From: an uncultured delta proteobacterium
GTDB lineage: Bacteria; Myxococcota_A; Polyangia; Haliangiales; Haliangiaceae
DNA: 64,000 nucleotides
Assembly: GCA_963848295.1 (NCBI GenBank)
Contig: CAWKDB010000002.1
Coordinates: 96,001 to 160,000 of the forward strand
Direction of reading: 5' to 3'
Part shown: positions 18,621 through 28,401 of the stretch, piece by piece
How the letters are laid out: every line of letters starts with the position of its first letter
Numbering within the stretch: position 1 is the stretch's first letter
Position numbers and translations under genes: made by a program
Notes under the pieces: model-generated
What the model saw: the letters and a program-made list of their open reading frames with translations, nothing else
Told to the model about the DNA's origin: nothing
The model's database searches: none

Positions 18621-19502
18621 CTAGAGCGGATCGCAGAACGGCGGCGCCGGCTTCGCGATCAAGTAGCCCTGGAGCAAGTCGCAACCGAGATCGACGAGCA
18701 CCTTCGCCTCGGCCTCGGTCTCGACGCCTTCACCGATCACCTGCATGCCGTGGCTGCGGCACAGCTCGGTGACCGAGCCGATCAGCCGTTGCTTCATCGC
18801 GTGCTTGTCGACGTCGCGAACGAGCGACATGTCGAGCTTGACGAAATCGGTGTCGAGCGGCGTGAACGTCTGCATCCGGGCGTGACCGCCACCCAGATCG
18901 TCGATCGCGATCTTGAACCCGAGCTCGCGTAGCTCGGCGACGCGGTAGCGGATGTCAGCCTGACCGTCGAGCGAGGTCCGCTCGGTGATCTCGAGCACGA
19001 CGCGGTGTGCGACCTTCGACAGCGGCGAGAACGGCGACGTCAGCTGCTTGTCGAGCAGATCGAGCAGGTGAAGATTCACGAACACGAGGCCGCGCTCGGC
19101 GGGCGACGCCGCGATCACCTGGGCGACCTGCGCACGTACCGCGCGCCCGAGCATCGGGATGCGCTCGAGGCGTTCGGCGGCATCGAGGATCGCCCCGGGG
19201 TGCGGTAGCGAGCGATCGCCGGAACGCAGCAGCGCCTCGTACGCGAACCGCGAGCGATCGCGCGCGTGGACGATCGGCTGGAAGTGCATCGCGAGGGACG
19301 CGAGGCACGCGTCGAGCTTGACCTCGAGCTCGCGGAGCTCGTGCGTACCGCGCTCGCCTTCGAACAGCGCCTGCGGTGACGTGCCCTTTGGAAAATCCTG
19401 TGCGGCCGGCTCGTCGAGCTCGATCGCGTGCATCGGCGCCGTCAAGGCGCGACCAGAGGTCGCACGGCCAGACGGTTGATCGGTACGCCGATCGGAGCCC
19501 AC
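18621..19502 (-). CDS. EAL-domain protein (putative c-di-GMP phosphodiesterase)
   Basis: FQPIV, YEALLR, FVN, LEITE, IDDLGGG, KLD, EGVET, QGY; start uncertain (GTG 19502 chosen because of an upstream TACCAT box). Confidence 0.85.
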   Translation of the reverse strand: MGSDRRTDQPSGRATSGRALTAPMHAIELDEPAAQDFPKGTSPQALFEGERGTHELRELEVKLDACLASLAMHFQPIVHARDRSRFAYEALLRSGDRSLPHPGAILDAAERLERIPMLGRAVRAQVAQVIAASPAERGLVFVNLHLLDLLDKQLTSPFSPLSKVAHRVVLEITERTSLDGQADIRYRVAELRELGFKIAIDDLGGGHARMQTFTPLDTDFVKLDMSLVRDVDKHAMKQRLIGSVTELCRSHGMQVIGEGVETEAEAKVLVDLGCDLLQGYLIAKPAPPFCDPL

Positions 19503-19592
19503 GACACCATGGTAGCGCGAGGGTCGGCTCACTCGCCAATCTAAGAATTCGACGACGATGTAGGCCCAGGACGCCGGACCATTCTAGGACAC

Positions 19593-20060
19593 CTAACAGA
19601 GCCGACGGAGGTGCTCGCGAAACTCGGCGACCACCGAAGACGCCAGATGGCCGTCGAGCTCCTGCGCCATCCGCTCGTCGATCACGGGGAGCTCGAGGAC
19701 GAGGCGGTACAGCATCAGGCATGCGCGCGCCGACAGCGGAACGAACCGGGCCTCACCGCTCAGCACGACGTTGGACGTATCCGGCGTAGTCCAGCTAACC
19801 GTCAGGGTCGTCGGATCGTAACGATATTCGAGGGTGTAGCCGAGCGAGCCGCGCTCGAGCCTGCGGGTGAACGTCACGCGTTCCGCCCGGCCGTCGTCGC
19901 GGCGGCTGACCACGTGCGCTTTCTGCAGGATCGGCAGCCACCGCGGAATCTCCGCGGCGTCTGCGAAGACCTCATAGGCGACGGAGGCGTTGACCGTCAG
20001 CGTGGTCGAGACCTCGCTGACGAGGGGGATGTCGGTGGGAAATGAGATCGCGGTGGCCAT
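19593..20060 (-). CDS. SRPBCC/START (polyketide cyclase-like) family protein
   Basis: 155 aa; AYEVFADAAEIPRWLP N-terminal signature. Confidence 0.7.
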   Translation of the reverse strand: MATAISFPTDIPLVSEVSTTLTVNASVAYEVFADAAEIPRWLPILQKAHVVSRRDDGRAERVTFTRRLERGSLGYTLEYRYDPTTLTVSWTTPDTSNVVLSGEARFVPLSARACLMLYRLVLELPVIDERMAQELDGHLASSVVAEFREHLRRLC

Positions 20061-20225
20061 GACTGCTCCTGCGCTCTTGTCCTACAGCAACCGCGATACC
20101 AGCCCGAGAGGGGCGATCGGCCACGTGGTTCTGCGGAGTTGAACGCGGCTCGGGCGGAAGACGATCGCGCCGCGGCAAGTCGAGTGGTCGCCTCCAACAG
20201 TCCCCGGTGCGCGTCTAGTGCAAAC

Positions 20226-23200
20226 CTAGCGCGGCGTCACGACGAGCCCGCGGTAGTCGAGCCGGGCACCCGCCGCCACCAGGGCCGCCGCCCACGGCGA
20301 GCTCGATGCGGCGGTCCCGTCGATCGTCTCGACCAAGAGCTCGCGACGACGTTGGCGAACGGCGAGCGCCGGCAGCGCGACGGCGAGCGCGTGCGCGACT
20401 TGCTCGTCGCCGACCGCGGCGGTCGCGATGCGATGGCCGCGCGGCTCGATCCACAGCGCGAGCTCGCCGTCGACCTGCGCGATCGCGGCGCCGACTCGGC
20501 GCGCCGGCCGCGCCGCAGGATCGCGCAGCGCCGGCCAGGGCAGGGCGCTGCCCCAGGCGCACGCCGGATCGAGCGCGGCGAGCAGGTCGACGTTGTGGCG
20601 AGGCCGCTCCCGTAGCCGGTCGATCGCCCCGGGCCACGCGAACTGCGCGCCCTCGAGCTCGGCGACGAAATAACCGCGGCGAACGACGCCGGCATCTTCC
20701 ATCGCGCGCAAGACGTCGCCGACGACCGCGAAGCCTCCCGGCAGCTCGTCGCTGCGCGCGGCCGCGCGACTCGCGATGCCCCAGCGCTCGAGCAAGCCTT
20801 CGGCGAGCATGTGCGCGCGATTCGTCGCGGTCGGCGGAGCGCCGAAGCTCGCGACCAACGACCAGCGACCGCCCGGCGATCTAACCGCACTGCCATTCGG
20901 CAGTGCTGCTGGCCGAGCGCGGGTCCCGGCGCGCGGCGCGTGGCCCGAGCCGCGGCGCGTCGCCGGTGCGGCGAGCGAGCGCAACGGCGCGAACGTATCG
21001 TTCGTGACCACGCCGGCCCACACCAGCTGCCACAGCGCCGCGGTGACGTCGGCACGCGAGGCGCGGGTCGCGGCCTCGAGGGCGACCAAGAACGACGCGC
21101 CCGCGGTCGCGAGATGCGCGGTGATCGCGGCGTGGAGCACGCCGTCGCCGGCGATCGGCTGCGCTGGCGGAGCGAGCCCGGCGGCTCGAGCGCGACGCAG
21201 CAGGATGACGCGACCATCTCGCGCGCCGAGCGCGCCCGCTCCGACCCACACGAGCTCGCCGGCGGCGCCGAGCTCGTCGAGCATGCGCGGGTGATAGTCC
21301 GCGATCCGCGCCGGCAAGATCCGGGACTCGAGCTCCGACATCGGCAGCGCGACACCCTCGAGCCGCGCGATCGCATCGCGCAACGCCCCGATCCCGCGCC
21401 GTGGTTGATCGAGCCCATGCCACCGCGGCAAGAACGCGGCGAACGTCGCCGGCGACACCGGCGCGACCTCGGCGCGCAGCTTGACGAGCGTGCGGCGGCG
21501 CAGCGTGCGCAGGACGTCCTGATCACAATTGTCGATCCCGACGCTTCCCGGGCGCAGCTCGCCCCGGACGAGCTCGCCACGAGTCTCGAGCAGGATCAGC
21601 ACCGGTTCGATCGTCGCGAGCGGCAGGGCCCAGCGCTCGGCGATCGCCTCGGCGCTGAAGATGCTGTGGGTCTTCGCGTAGCGCCGAATCAACGAGATCA
21701 ACGCGTCCGGTTCCGGCGTAGGCGTCGGTGACCCCAGGATCCCGCGATATCGAGCCTGATCGGCGGAGTCGATGATCCTGTGCTGTCCCGCGATCGTGAT
21801 CTCGACCGCGAGCTGCGCGGAGATCAGCTCGCTCACGCCTACGCTCGCGTTGACGCCTACGCATCGGACGCGTAGCTCGTCGATGGACAGATCGCCGAGC
21901 CTTCGCAAGAGATCGTGGAGCTCGTCGCGATCGCGCGCGCGACGGTCCTCGGCCGTGCGCTGGAGCTCGCTGTCGAGATCGGCGATCACGCTACTGTCGA
22001 GCAGCTCGCGCAGCTCACCGCCGCCGATCAGCTCGCGCAACAAGCCGCGATCGAGCGTCAGGGCCTGAGCCTTGCGCTCGGCGACCGGGGCATCTCCTTC
22101 GTACAGAAAAGCCGCGACGTAGTCGAACACGAGCGAGCGAGCGAACGGCGAGGCCATCGCGGTCTCCGCGGCCTCGACCCGGATCTCGCCGGACCGTAGC
22201 TGGCGCAAGATCGCGACGAGCGCGGGCACGTCGAAGATGTCGCGCAGACACTCGCGATAGGTCTCGAGCGTGATCGGAAACTGCGGGAACGCGAGCGCGA
22301 CGGCCATCAGCTGCTGCGCGCGCAGGCGCTGCGCCCACAATGGTGTGCGCTGGCCCGGGCGGCGGCGCGGCAGCAACAACGCACGCGCGGCGTTCTGGCG
22401 AAACTGGCTCGCGAACACGCTCGACCGGGCGAGCTCGTCGACCAGACGATGTTCGAACGTGTCGGGATCGAGGATCAGGGCGGCGTCGTCGGGGATGACA
22501 TCACCGTGGACGAACCGCAGCGCGATCCCGTCGTCGGTCCACATCGGGTGCACCGGATAGCCGAGTCGATCTTCGAGCTGGCGCGCGAGCACGAGGGCCC
22601 ACGGCGCGTGGACGCGGCCGCCGAACGGCGACAGGATGCACACCCGGACATCGCCGAGCTCGTCGCGGAACCGCTCGATCGTGATCGCGCGGTCGCTCGG
22701 CACCCCACCGGCGTGCGCGCGCTGCTCGGCGAGGTACGCGATCACGTTCGTCGCCGCGTGATCGTCGAGCGCATAGTCGGCGCGCAACCAGGCGTGGGTC
22801 ACCGCCGGATCTTCGTGCGCCAGCCGGCCATCGAGCTCGCGACAAAACGCGCCGAGCGCGACGCCGAGCTCGACCGGCCGGCCCGGACCCTCGCCGCGCC
22901 AGAACGGCATCTTGCCGGGCTCGCCCGGCGCCGGTCGCACGACGACGCGATCGCGCGTGATCGCCTCGATCCGCCACGTCGTCGCGCCGAGCACGAACGT
23001 CTCGCCGGGCCGGCTCTCGGCGACCATCTCCTCGTCGAGCTCACCGACCCGCGGCCCGTTCTCGCCGACGTGAACGCCGTAGCTGCCGCGATCCGGAATC
23101 GTGCCGCCCGAGGTCACCGCGATCAGCGCCGCGCCTCGGCGCGCGGTGAGCACGTCGGCCTGGCGATCCCAGACCAGTCGCGGTCGGAGCTCGGCGAACG

Positions 23201-24704
23201 CATCCGACGGATAGCGCCCGGCGAGCATATCGAGCACGGCGACGAACGCGGCCCGAGACAGGTCGCGGTAGCTCGCCGCGCGCCGGATCACGCGCTCGAG
23301 CTCGGGGACCGACCACGGTTCGACCGCGACCATGGCGACGATCTGCTGTGCGAGCACGTCGAGCGCATTGTCCGGAATCCGGACAGCTTCGACCGCGCCG
23401 TCGAGCATCCCGCGCGCCACGACCGCGGCCTCGAGCAGGTCGCCGCGGAACTTCGGGATGATCCGCCCGCGGCTCGTACCACCGACGTGATGGCCGGCGC
23501 GGCCGATCCGTTGCAAGCCACGCGCGACCGCGCCGGGTGACTCGACCTGGATCACGAGATCGACCGCGCCCATGTCGATGCCGAGCTCGAGCGACGAAGT
23601 CGCGACGATCGCGCGCAGCCGGCCGGCCTTCATCGCATCCTCGATCTCGACGCGGGCGTGACGCGCGACCGAGCCGTGATGGGCGCGCGCGAGCTCGGCG
23701 TTCTCGGGCGCGCGACCGGACTTCGCCGCGAGCTGATTCAGCTCCTGTGCGATTCGCTCGGCGAGCCGGCGCGAGTTGACGAAGATGATCGTGGTGCGAT
23801 GCGCGAGCACGAGGTCGAGCAGGCGCGGATAGATCAGCGGCCACATCCCGCCGGCGTCCTCGCGGCCACGCGCGGTCGATCCAACCGCACTGCCATTCGG
23901 CAGTGCTGACGTCGCGGGGCGAGCCCGCGACGTCGGGGTCGCGACCATGTCTTGGGCGGGGACCACGATCTGGAGATCCAGGGCAGGTCGGCTGCTCGCG
24001 TCGACGATCGCGACCGGTCGGTCCCCGCCGAGATATCGAGCCACTTCGCTAAGTGGACGTTGCGTCGCCGACAGGCCGATCCGCTGCGGTTCTGGCGAGC
24101 CGTGCGCGGTGACGAGGCGCTCGAGCCGCTCGAGGCTGAGCGCGAGGTGAACGCCTCGCTTGCCGCCGGCGAGGGCGTGGATCTCGTCGATGATCACGGT
24201 GTCGACCTCGGCGAGTCGCGCGCGCGAGCGGCCGGCGAGCAGCAGGTACAGCGACTCCGGCGTCGTGATCAGGATCTGGGCGGGCGCGACGAGCTGGCGG
24301 GCGCGCTCCTTGGCCGACGTGTCGCCGGTCCGCACGTCGATCGTGACGCTGCCGCCGATGCCGGCGAGCGGCGTGCGCAGATTCTTCTCGAGGTCGTACG
24401 CGAGCGCCTTGATCGGCGAGACGTAGACGACACGGGTGGTCGACCGAACCGCACCGCCATCCGGTGCTGCCGCCCCCGGGCGAGCCGGGACCGTCGATGC
24501 GGCGGGTTCGGGCCCGCGCAACAGGCGATCGAGGCACCACAAGAACGCCGCGAGCGTCTTGCCGCTGCCGGTGGGCGCCGCCATCAGGGTGTGACGGCCG
24601 GCGGCTACTTCGGCCCAGCCGCGGATCTGTACATCGGTCGGCTCGCCGAGCGCGCGACGGAACCACTCGCGAGTCGCGGGTGCGAAGCGGTCGAGCGCGA
24701 TCAC
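20226..24704 (-). CDS. lhr: Lhr-family ATP-dependent DEAH helicase
   Basis: APTGSGKT, YVSPIKAL, TTPESL, DEIH, GLSAT, HHGS, SSLELGID, QRIGRAGH, SGGTIPDRG, plus the long Lhr C-terminal region. Confidence 0.93.
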   Translation of the reverse strand: MIALDRFAPATREWFRRALGEPTDVQIRGWAEVAAGRHTLMAAPTGSGKTLAAFLWCLDRLLRGPEPAASTVPARPGAAAPDGGAVRSTTRVVYVSPIKALAYDLEKNLRTPLAGIGGSVTIDVRTGDTSAKERARQLVAPAQILITTPESLYLLLAGRSRARLAEVDTVIIDEIHALAGGKRGVHLALSLERLERLVTAHGSPEPQRIGLSATQRPLSEVARYLGGDRPVAIVDASSRPALDLQIVVPAQDMVATPTSRARPATSALPNGSAVGSTARGREDAGGMWPLIYPRLLDLVLAHRTTIIFVNSRRLAERIAQELNQLAAKSGRAPENAELARAHHGSVARHARVEIEDAMKAGRLRAIVATSSLELGIDMGAVDLVIQVESPGAVARGLQRIGRAGHHVGGTSRGRIIPKFRGDLLEAAVVARGMLDGAVEAVRIPDNALDVLAQQIVAMVAVEPWSVPELERVIRRAASYRDLSRAAFVAVLDMLAGRYPSDAFAELRPRLVWDRQADVLTARRGAALIAVTSGGTIPDRGSYGVHVGENGPRVGELDEEMVAESRPGETFVLGATTWRIEAITRDRVVVRPAPGEPGKMPFWRGEGPGRPVELGVALGAFCRELDGRLAHEDPAVTHAWLRADYALDDHAATNVIAYLAEQRAHAGGVPSDRAITIERFRDELGDVRVCILSPFGGRVHAPWALVLARQLEDRLGYPVHPMWTDDGIALRFVHGDVIPDDAALILDPDTFEHRLVDELARSSVFASQFRQNAARALLLPRRRPGQRTPLWAQRLRAQQLMAVALAFPQFPITLETYRECLRDIFDVPALVAILRQLRSGEIRVEAAETAMASPFARSLVFDYVAAFLYEGDAPVAERKAQALTLDRGLLRELIGGGELRELLDSSVIADLDSELQRTAEDRRARDRDELHDLLRRLGDLSIDELRVRCVGVNASVGVSELISAQLAVEITIAGQHRIIDSADQARYRGILGSPTPTPEPDALISLIRRYAKTHSIFSAEAIAERWALPLATIEPVLILLETRGELVRGELRPGSVGIDNCDQDVLRTLRRRTLVKLRAEVAPVSPATFAAFLPRWHGLDQPRRGIGALRDAIARLEGVALPMSELESRILPARIADYHPRMLDELGAAGELVWVGAGALGARDGRVILLRRARAAGLAPPAQPIAGDGVLHAAITAHLATAGASFLVALEAATRASRADVTAALWQLVWAGVVTNDTFAPLRSLAAPATRRGSGHAPRAGTRARPAALPNGSAVRSPGGRWSLVASFGAPPTATNRAHMLAEGLLERWGIASRAAARSDELPGGFAVVGDVLRAMEDAGVVRRGYFVAELEGAQFAWPGAIDRLRERPRHNVDLLAALDPACAWGSALPWPALRDPAARPARRVGAAIAQVDGELALWIEPRGHRIATAAVGDEQVAHALAVALPALAVRQRRRELLVETIDGTAASSSPWAAALVAAGARLDYRGLVVTPR
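20877..20930 (-). repeat. Palindromic element family A, lhr copy 3 (in frame)
   Basis: Sense strand: gccggg..ctcggc, cagcagc, actgcc-gaat-ggcagt, gcggttagatcg. Confidence 0.85.
23875..23934 (-). repeat. Palindromic element family A, lhr copy 2 (in frame)
   Basis: Sense strand: gacgtcgcggg-ctcgc-cccgcgacgtc, agc, actgcc-gaat-ggcagt, gcggttggatcgac; 23878-23908 matches 20878-20908 at 30 of 31 bp. Confidence 0.85.
24439..24490 (-). repeat. Palindromic element family A, lhr copy 1 (degenerate, in frame)
   Basis: Sense strand: tcccgg-ctcgc-ccgggg, gcggca, gcaccg-gatgg-cggtgc, ggttcggtcgac. Confidence 0.7.
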
Positions 24705-24716
24705 GCGCCGACGATG

Positions 24717-25090
24717 TCACGGACCGCAGGTGACGTTCATGGAGGCGAGCGTCGCGTTTCCGCCCATGACCGAGACGGTATAGGCGTGCGACGCTCCCGG
24801 ATCTTGCTGCTCGAACTGCGATAGGGCCCACGACGCGGTGGTCGTCGCGGTGGCCGAGCTCGGAATGCAGCCGCCCGCGCCGCGCCGGTATTGCCCCAGG
24901 TGCCGCAATCGAGGTTCGCGGTCGATGCGATGCCGTCGCTGAAGAAGATCGCGTCGGCCCCGCAGCCCGAGATCGTGCCGGAGGCCTGGAGCGTGTAGTC
25001 GGTGAACGGCGGATCGCTGACGCCGCCGCCCCTCGTCGAGGAGGCCCTGTCCGAGTTGACATAAGATGGATTCTGCGACGCGACTAGCAT
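24717..25090 (-). pseudogene. Frameshifted or truncated gene for a Ser/Thr/Gly/Cys-rich, probably secreted protein
   Basis: Two ORF pieces (..NLDCGTWGNTGA / GGCIPSSATAT..VTCGP) join if one copy of a ggcgc duplication near 24877-24887 is removed; no clear 5' end. Confidence 0.45.
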
Positions 25091-25117
25091 GACCGCCCGG
25101 CCTGCTAGGATGCCCGC

Positions 25118-25306
25118 ATGCATCGCCCCTGGTTCGTGTGCGCCGCGCTCACCGTCGGCGCGTGCGGCGGCTCGACCACCTCGGTTGGCTGCACCGCGTT
25201 TACCAGCAGCGACGGCACGATCGGCTGCTGCTACGCCACCTACACCGATGGCGGCACGGTCTACGACACGATCGACTACATTACCAAGGACTGCGCGCCG
25301 ACCTGA
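25118..25306 (+). CDS. Small Cys-rich lipoprotein (62 aa)
   Basis: Lipobox VGAC; four further Cys; TGcTAGGAT 6 nt before ATG. Confidence 0.6.
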   Translation: MHRPWFVCAALTVGACGGSTTSVGCTAFTSSDGTIGCCYATYTDGGTVYDTIDYITKDCAPT

Positions 25307-25351
25307 GCCCGAGCGCGTCGAGCCTGGTCGGTGGCCGAGCGATCGAAAATC

Positions 25352-26902
25352 TTATCGCGCGGGCGCCATGCGGTGGCCGAGTGACGAGATCTCGTCTTGG
25401 GTCAGGCCGCCCGATGCCTCGATCGTCACACTCGCCGCGCGCCCGGTGCCGACCTCGGTCGCGCTGACCTCGAGGATGCCGTCCGCGTTCATCGTGAAGC
25501 TGACCTCGACCTTCGTGTGGCCGCGCGGTGCCGACTTGAGATCGCCGAGGAAGAACTTGCCGAGCCGGCGGTTCTTCGACGCCGCCTCGTGCTCGCCTTG
25601 ATAGATCTCGATCTCGACGTACGTCTGGTCGTCGCCGTTCGTCGCCAAGATCTTCTTCGCGCGCGTCGGGATGCTGGTGTTCGCGCCGATCACGACCGAC
25701 ATGCGATCGCCGGTGAGCCTGACCCCGATGTTGTGAGGCGTCACGTCCAGCAGCACGACCTCTTGCAGCTCGCCGCCGATGATCCCGGAGTGGACGGCCG
25801 CGCCCATCGCGACGATCTCGTCGGGGTTGACGCCCTTGCTAGGCGGCTTGCCGAAGATCCGGACCGCACGTTCTTGCACGGCCGGCATGCGGCTCATCCC
25901 ACCGACGAGCACGATCTGGTCGATGTCGGCCGCCGTACAGTGCGCATCGGCGAGCGCCTTGGTGCACGGCTGTTCGAGGCGTTCGAGCAGCGCCTTGCAT
26001 GCGCGCTCGAGCTGACCGCGTTCGAGCTCGCGCATGAGGTGCATCGGTCCGCTCGGGCCCGCGGCGATGAACGGCAAGTTGATGTCGGTGGTCATCGCCG
26101 ACGACAGCTCGACCTTCGCCCGCTCGGCCGCCTCCTTGAGCCGCTGCAGCGCAACCGAATCGGCGCGCAGGTCGATGCCGTGCTGCGCCGCGAACTCGTC
26201 GGCGAGCAGATCGATGATCACGCGGTCGAAGTCGTCGCCGCCGAGCGCGGTATCGCCGTAGGTCGACAGGACCTCGAACACCCCGTTCTCGATCGCGAGG
26301 ATCGAGATGTCGAACGTCCCGCCGCCGAGGTCGAACACCGCGAGCCGCTGGTTGTGCTGGTGATGCACGCCGTACGCGAGTGCCGCCGCGGTCGGCTCGT
26401 TCAGGATCGCGCGCACGGTCAGGCCGGCGATCGCGCCGGCATCCTTGGTGGCTTGGCGCTGACCGTCGTCGAAGTACGCCGGCACGGTCACGACCGCCTC
26501 GGTCACTGGCTCGCCGAGATAGTCCTCGGCGACCCGCTTCATCTTCGCGAGCACGTGAGCCGAGATCTCTTGCGGCGATCGCGGGGTCTCGGCGATCTCG
26601 ACCCAGGCATCGCCGTTCTTGGCCGCGACGATCTTGTACGGCAACCGGCTCGCGAGGTGCTGGACCTCGCTCGCCTTGCGTCCGATCAGCCGCTTCGCGC
26701 CGTAGACCGTGCGATGCGGGTTCGTCACCATCTGGCGCTTGCTCGCCGCTCCGACGACGACTTCTCCGTCGGCGTTCCACGACACCATCGACGGCGTGGT
26801 CCGCCCGCCTTCTTGGTTGTGGATCACCACGGCCTCGCCGCCTTCGAGCACCGCAATGCACGAGTTCGTCGTCCCGAGATCGATCCCGATGACGCGGCTC
26901 AT
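25352..26902 (-). CDS. Hsp70/DnaK-family chaperone lacking the C-terminal lid (516 aa)
   Basis: GIDLGTTNS, TVPAYF, NEPTAAAL, DLGGGTFD, VLLDVTP; ends shortly after SGGLTQDEI. Confidence 0.92.
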   Translation of the reverse strand: MSRVIGIDLGTTNSCIAVLEGGEAVVIHNQEGGRTTPSMVSWNADGEVVVGAASKRQMVTNPHRTVYGAKRLIGRKASEVQHLASRLPYKIVAAKNGDAWVEIAETPRSPQEISAHVLAKMKRVAEDYLGEPVTEAVVTVPAYFDDGQRQATKDAGAIAGLTVRAILNEPTAAALAYGVHHQHNQRLAVFDLGGGTFDISILAIENGVFEVLSTYGDTALGGDDFDRVIIDLLADEFAAQHGIDLRADSVALQRLKEAAERAKVELSSAMTTDINLPFIAAGPSGPMHLMRELERGQLERACKALLERLEQPCTKALADAHCTAADIDQIVLVGGMSRMPAVQERAVRIFGKPPSKGVNPDEIVAMGAAVHSGIIGGELQEVVLLDVTPHNIGVRLTGDRMSVVIGANTSIPTRAKKILATNGDDQTYVEIEIYQGEHEAASKNRRLGKFFLGDLKSAPRGHTKVEVSFTMNADGILEVSATEVGTGRAASVTIEASGGLTQDEISSLGHRMAPAR

Positions 26903-26968
26903 CGCGAAGCCAGTATATGTCGAAACTCGAGGTGCGGCGCTAGGACGGCGGCGCGTAGCGCACCTCTA

Positions 26969-27904
26969 TCAGCGCCGGCGCTTCAGCGCGTCCGCCCGCG
27001 CAGATTTCGCGACCGCGAGCTCGCCGTCGAGCTGTAACGCGCGGTCGTACTCGAGGATCGCCTCCTCGAATCGCGACCCCGACTGCGCCTCGCGACCGCG
27101 CGCGTAACACAGCAGCGCTCGATACGCCTTGTTCTGCGGGACCTTCGCGGCGAGCGCATGTAACGCTTGGCGCGCCCCGCTCCAGTCGCTCGCGGCGAGC
27201 AACGCGGTCGCCTGCGAAGCCGCCGTGCGCTCGTCGAAAGCGGCGGCCGGCTGCACACCGCGTTGCGTATCGGGGTCGCGCTGGCCCGGTGCCGGGGGAG
27301 ACCCGAAGCGGACGATGGGGATGGTCGGGATGTTCTGCGTGATCGGCGCGTTCGGCGTGAGCGTGCGCGGCAGCGCGGGCCTGATCGGAACGCCGACCGC
27401 GGGCGTTGGCGTCTTGCTCGGGCTGACCGGCCGGGTCCCGCTCGGCGGAGTCGGCGACCGGGCCGAGCTCGCCGACGCGGGGCGAGTGCCGCTCGGCATC
27501 TGGCGCGGCGCCGGGCGCGCGGTGGTCGGCGCGGGCGAGCCGGGTCGCGGGGTCGCGAGCGTAGGGATCGGTCGGGTCGTCGGCTGCGACGCCTCCGCGA
27601 GCACCACCGGCATGCCGGCCGACGGCGGTCGCGGGCTCTGACCCGATGCGCGCAGCAACGTCTCGTGCGCCGACTTGATGCCGAGGAAGACCTCGTTCGA
27701 CAGCCGCTGCAGCTCGGGTGACATCCGGCCGAATCGCGCGGGGTGATAACGCTTGGTGAGCGCCAGGAATGCCGATCGCACTTGCTCGGGAGCCGACACG
27801 CCGGGCTCGAGCCCGAGCGCGCTATGAGGCCCCTGCTGGATCCGGGTCGCCATCTCCCCCAGCACGTTCCGGGCGCTTACTTCGTCGTCGGAACCAGACA
27901 CCAT
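26969..27904 (-). CDS. J-domain-like protein (HPA in place of HPD) with Pro-rich linker and C-terminal TPR
   Basis: ALGL..VRSAFLALTKRYHPARF..IKSAHETL; directly upstream of Hsp70 on the same strand. Confidence 0.75.
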   Translation of the reverse strand: MVSGSDDEVSARNVLGEMATRIQQGPHSALGLEPGVSAPEQVRSAFLALTKRYHPARFGRMSPELQRLSNEVFLGIKSAHETLLRASGQSPRPPSAGMPVVLAEASQPTTRPIPTLATPRPGSPAPTTARPAPRQMPSGTRPASASSARSPTPPSGTRPVSPSKTPTPAVGVPIRPALPRTLTPNAPITQNIPTIPIVRFGSPPAPGQRDPDTQRGVQPAAAFDERTAASQATALLAASDWSGARQALHALAAKVPQNKAYRALLCYARGREAQSGSRFEEAILEYDRALQLDGELAVAKSARADALKRRR

Positions 27905-28007
27905 CTTGATCGTAGCCCGAACATCGTGGCGTTTCTACGCCGCTGAGGCCGCGTGGTGGGGCACAACGCCCCGATGCCGAGTCAGGCGACCGTGAGATCC
28001 GTAACGA

Positions 28008-28364
28008 TCACGAGAGGATTCGCCGCACGTCATCGACCAGCGACCCCAACCCGGCGGACTTCGAGATGTAGCCATCGATGCCGGCGTCTCTCACGCGGTC
28101 GGCGAGATCAGCGGCATCGAGCGTCGAGTACAAGTAGATCGGCGTCGCGAGCTCGCGGTAGTGACGCAGCGCCATCGCGACGTCGTCGCCGAACAGCTGC
28201 GGCATCTGGACGTCCATCAAGATCAGATCGAAGCCGGCGACTCCTCGCTGTTCGAGATCGTCGAACGACTTGCGCGTTTCGACCTCGTAGCCTGCGTCGA
28301 CCAGCGCATGCCGCGTCGCGGCGCGCACGATCGGGCTGTCGTCGACGACCAGCACTCGCTTCAT
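28008..28364 (-). CDS. Stand-alone response regulator receiver
   Basis: VLVVDDS, ILMDVQMP, YST, GYISK. Confidence 0.88.
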   Translation of the reverse strand: MKRVLVVDDSPIVRAATRHALVDAGYEVETRKSFDDLEQRGVAGFDLILMDVQMPQLFGDDVAMALRHYRELATPIYLYSTLDAADLADRVRDAGIDGYISKSAGLGSLVDDVRRILS

Positions 28365-28401
28365 GATGACGAGCGCGGAGCATACGCGATAGGCTGATCG
28401 G

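Noticed and set aside
21716..21862. gcgtaggcgt 10-mer occurring three times (direct and inverted) in lhr
   Set aside because: Too short and low in complexity to call an element without genome-wide data.
20226..24704. Inteins or introns in Lhr
   Set aside because: Inserts are only about 20 aa and lack intein splice motifs; they are explained by the palindromic elements.
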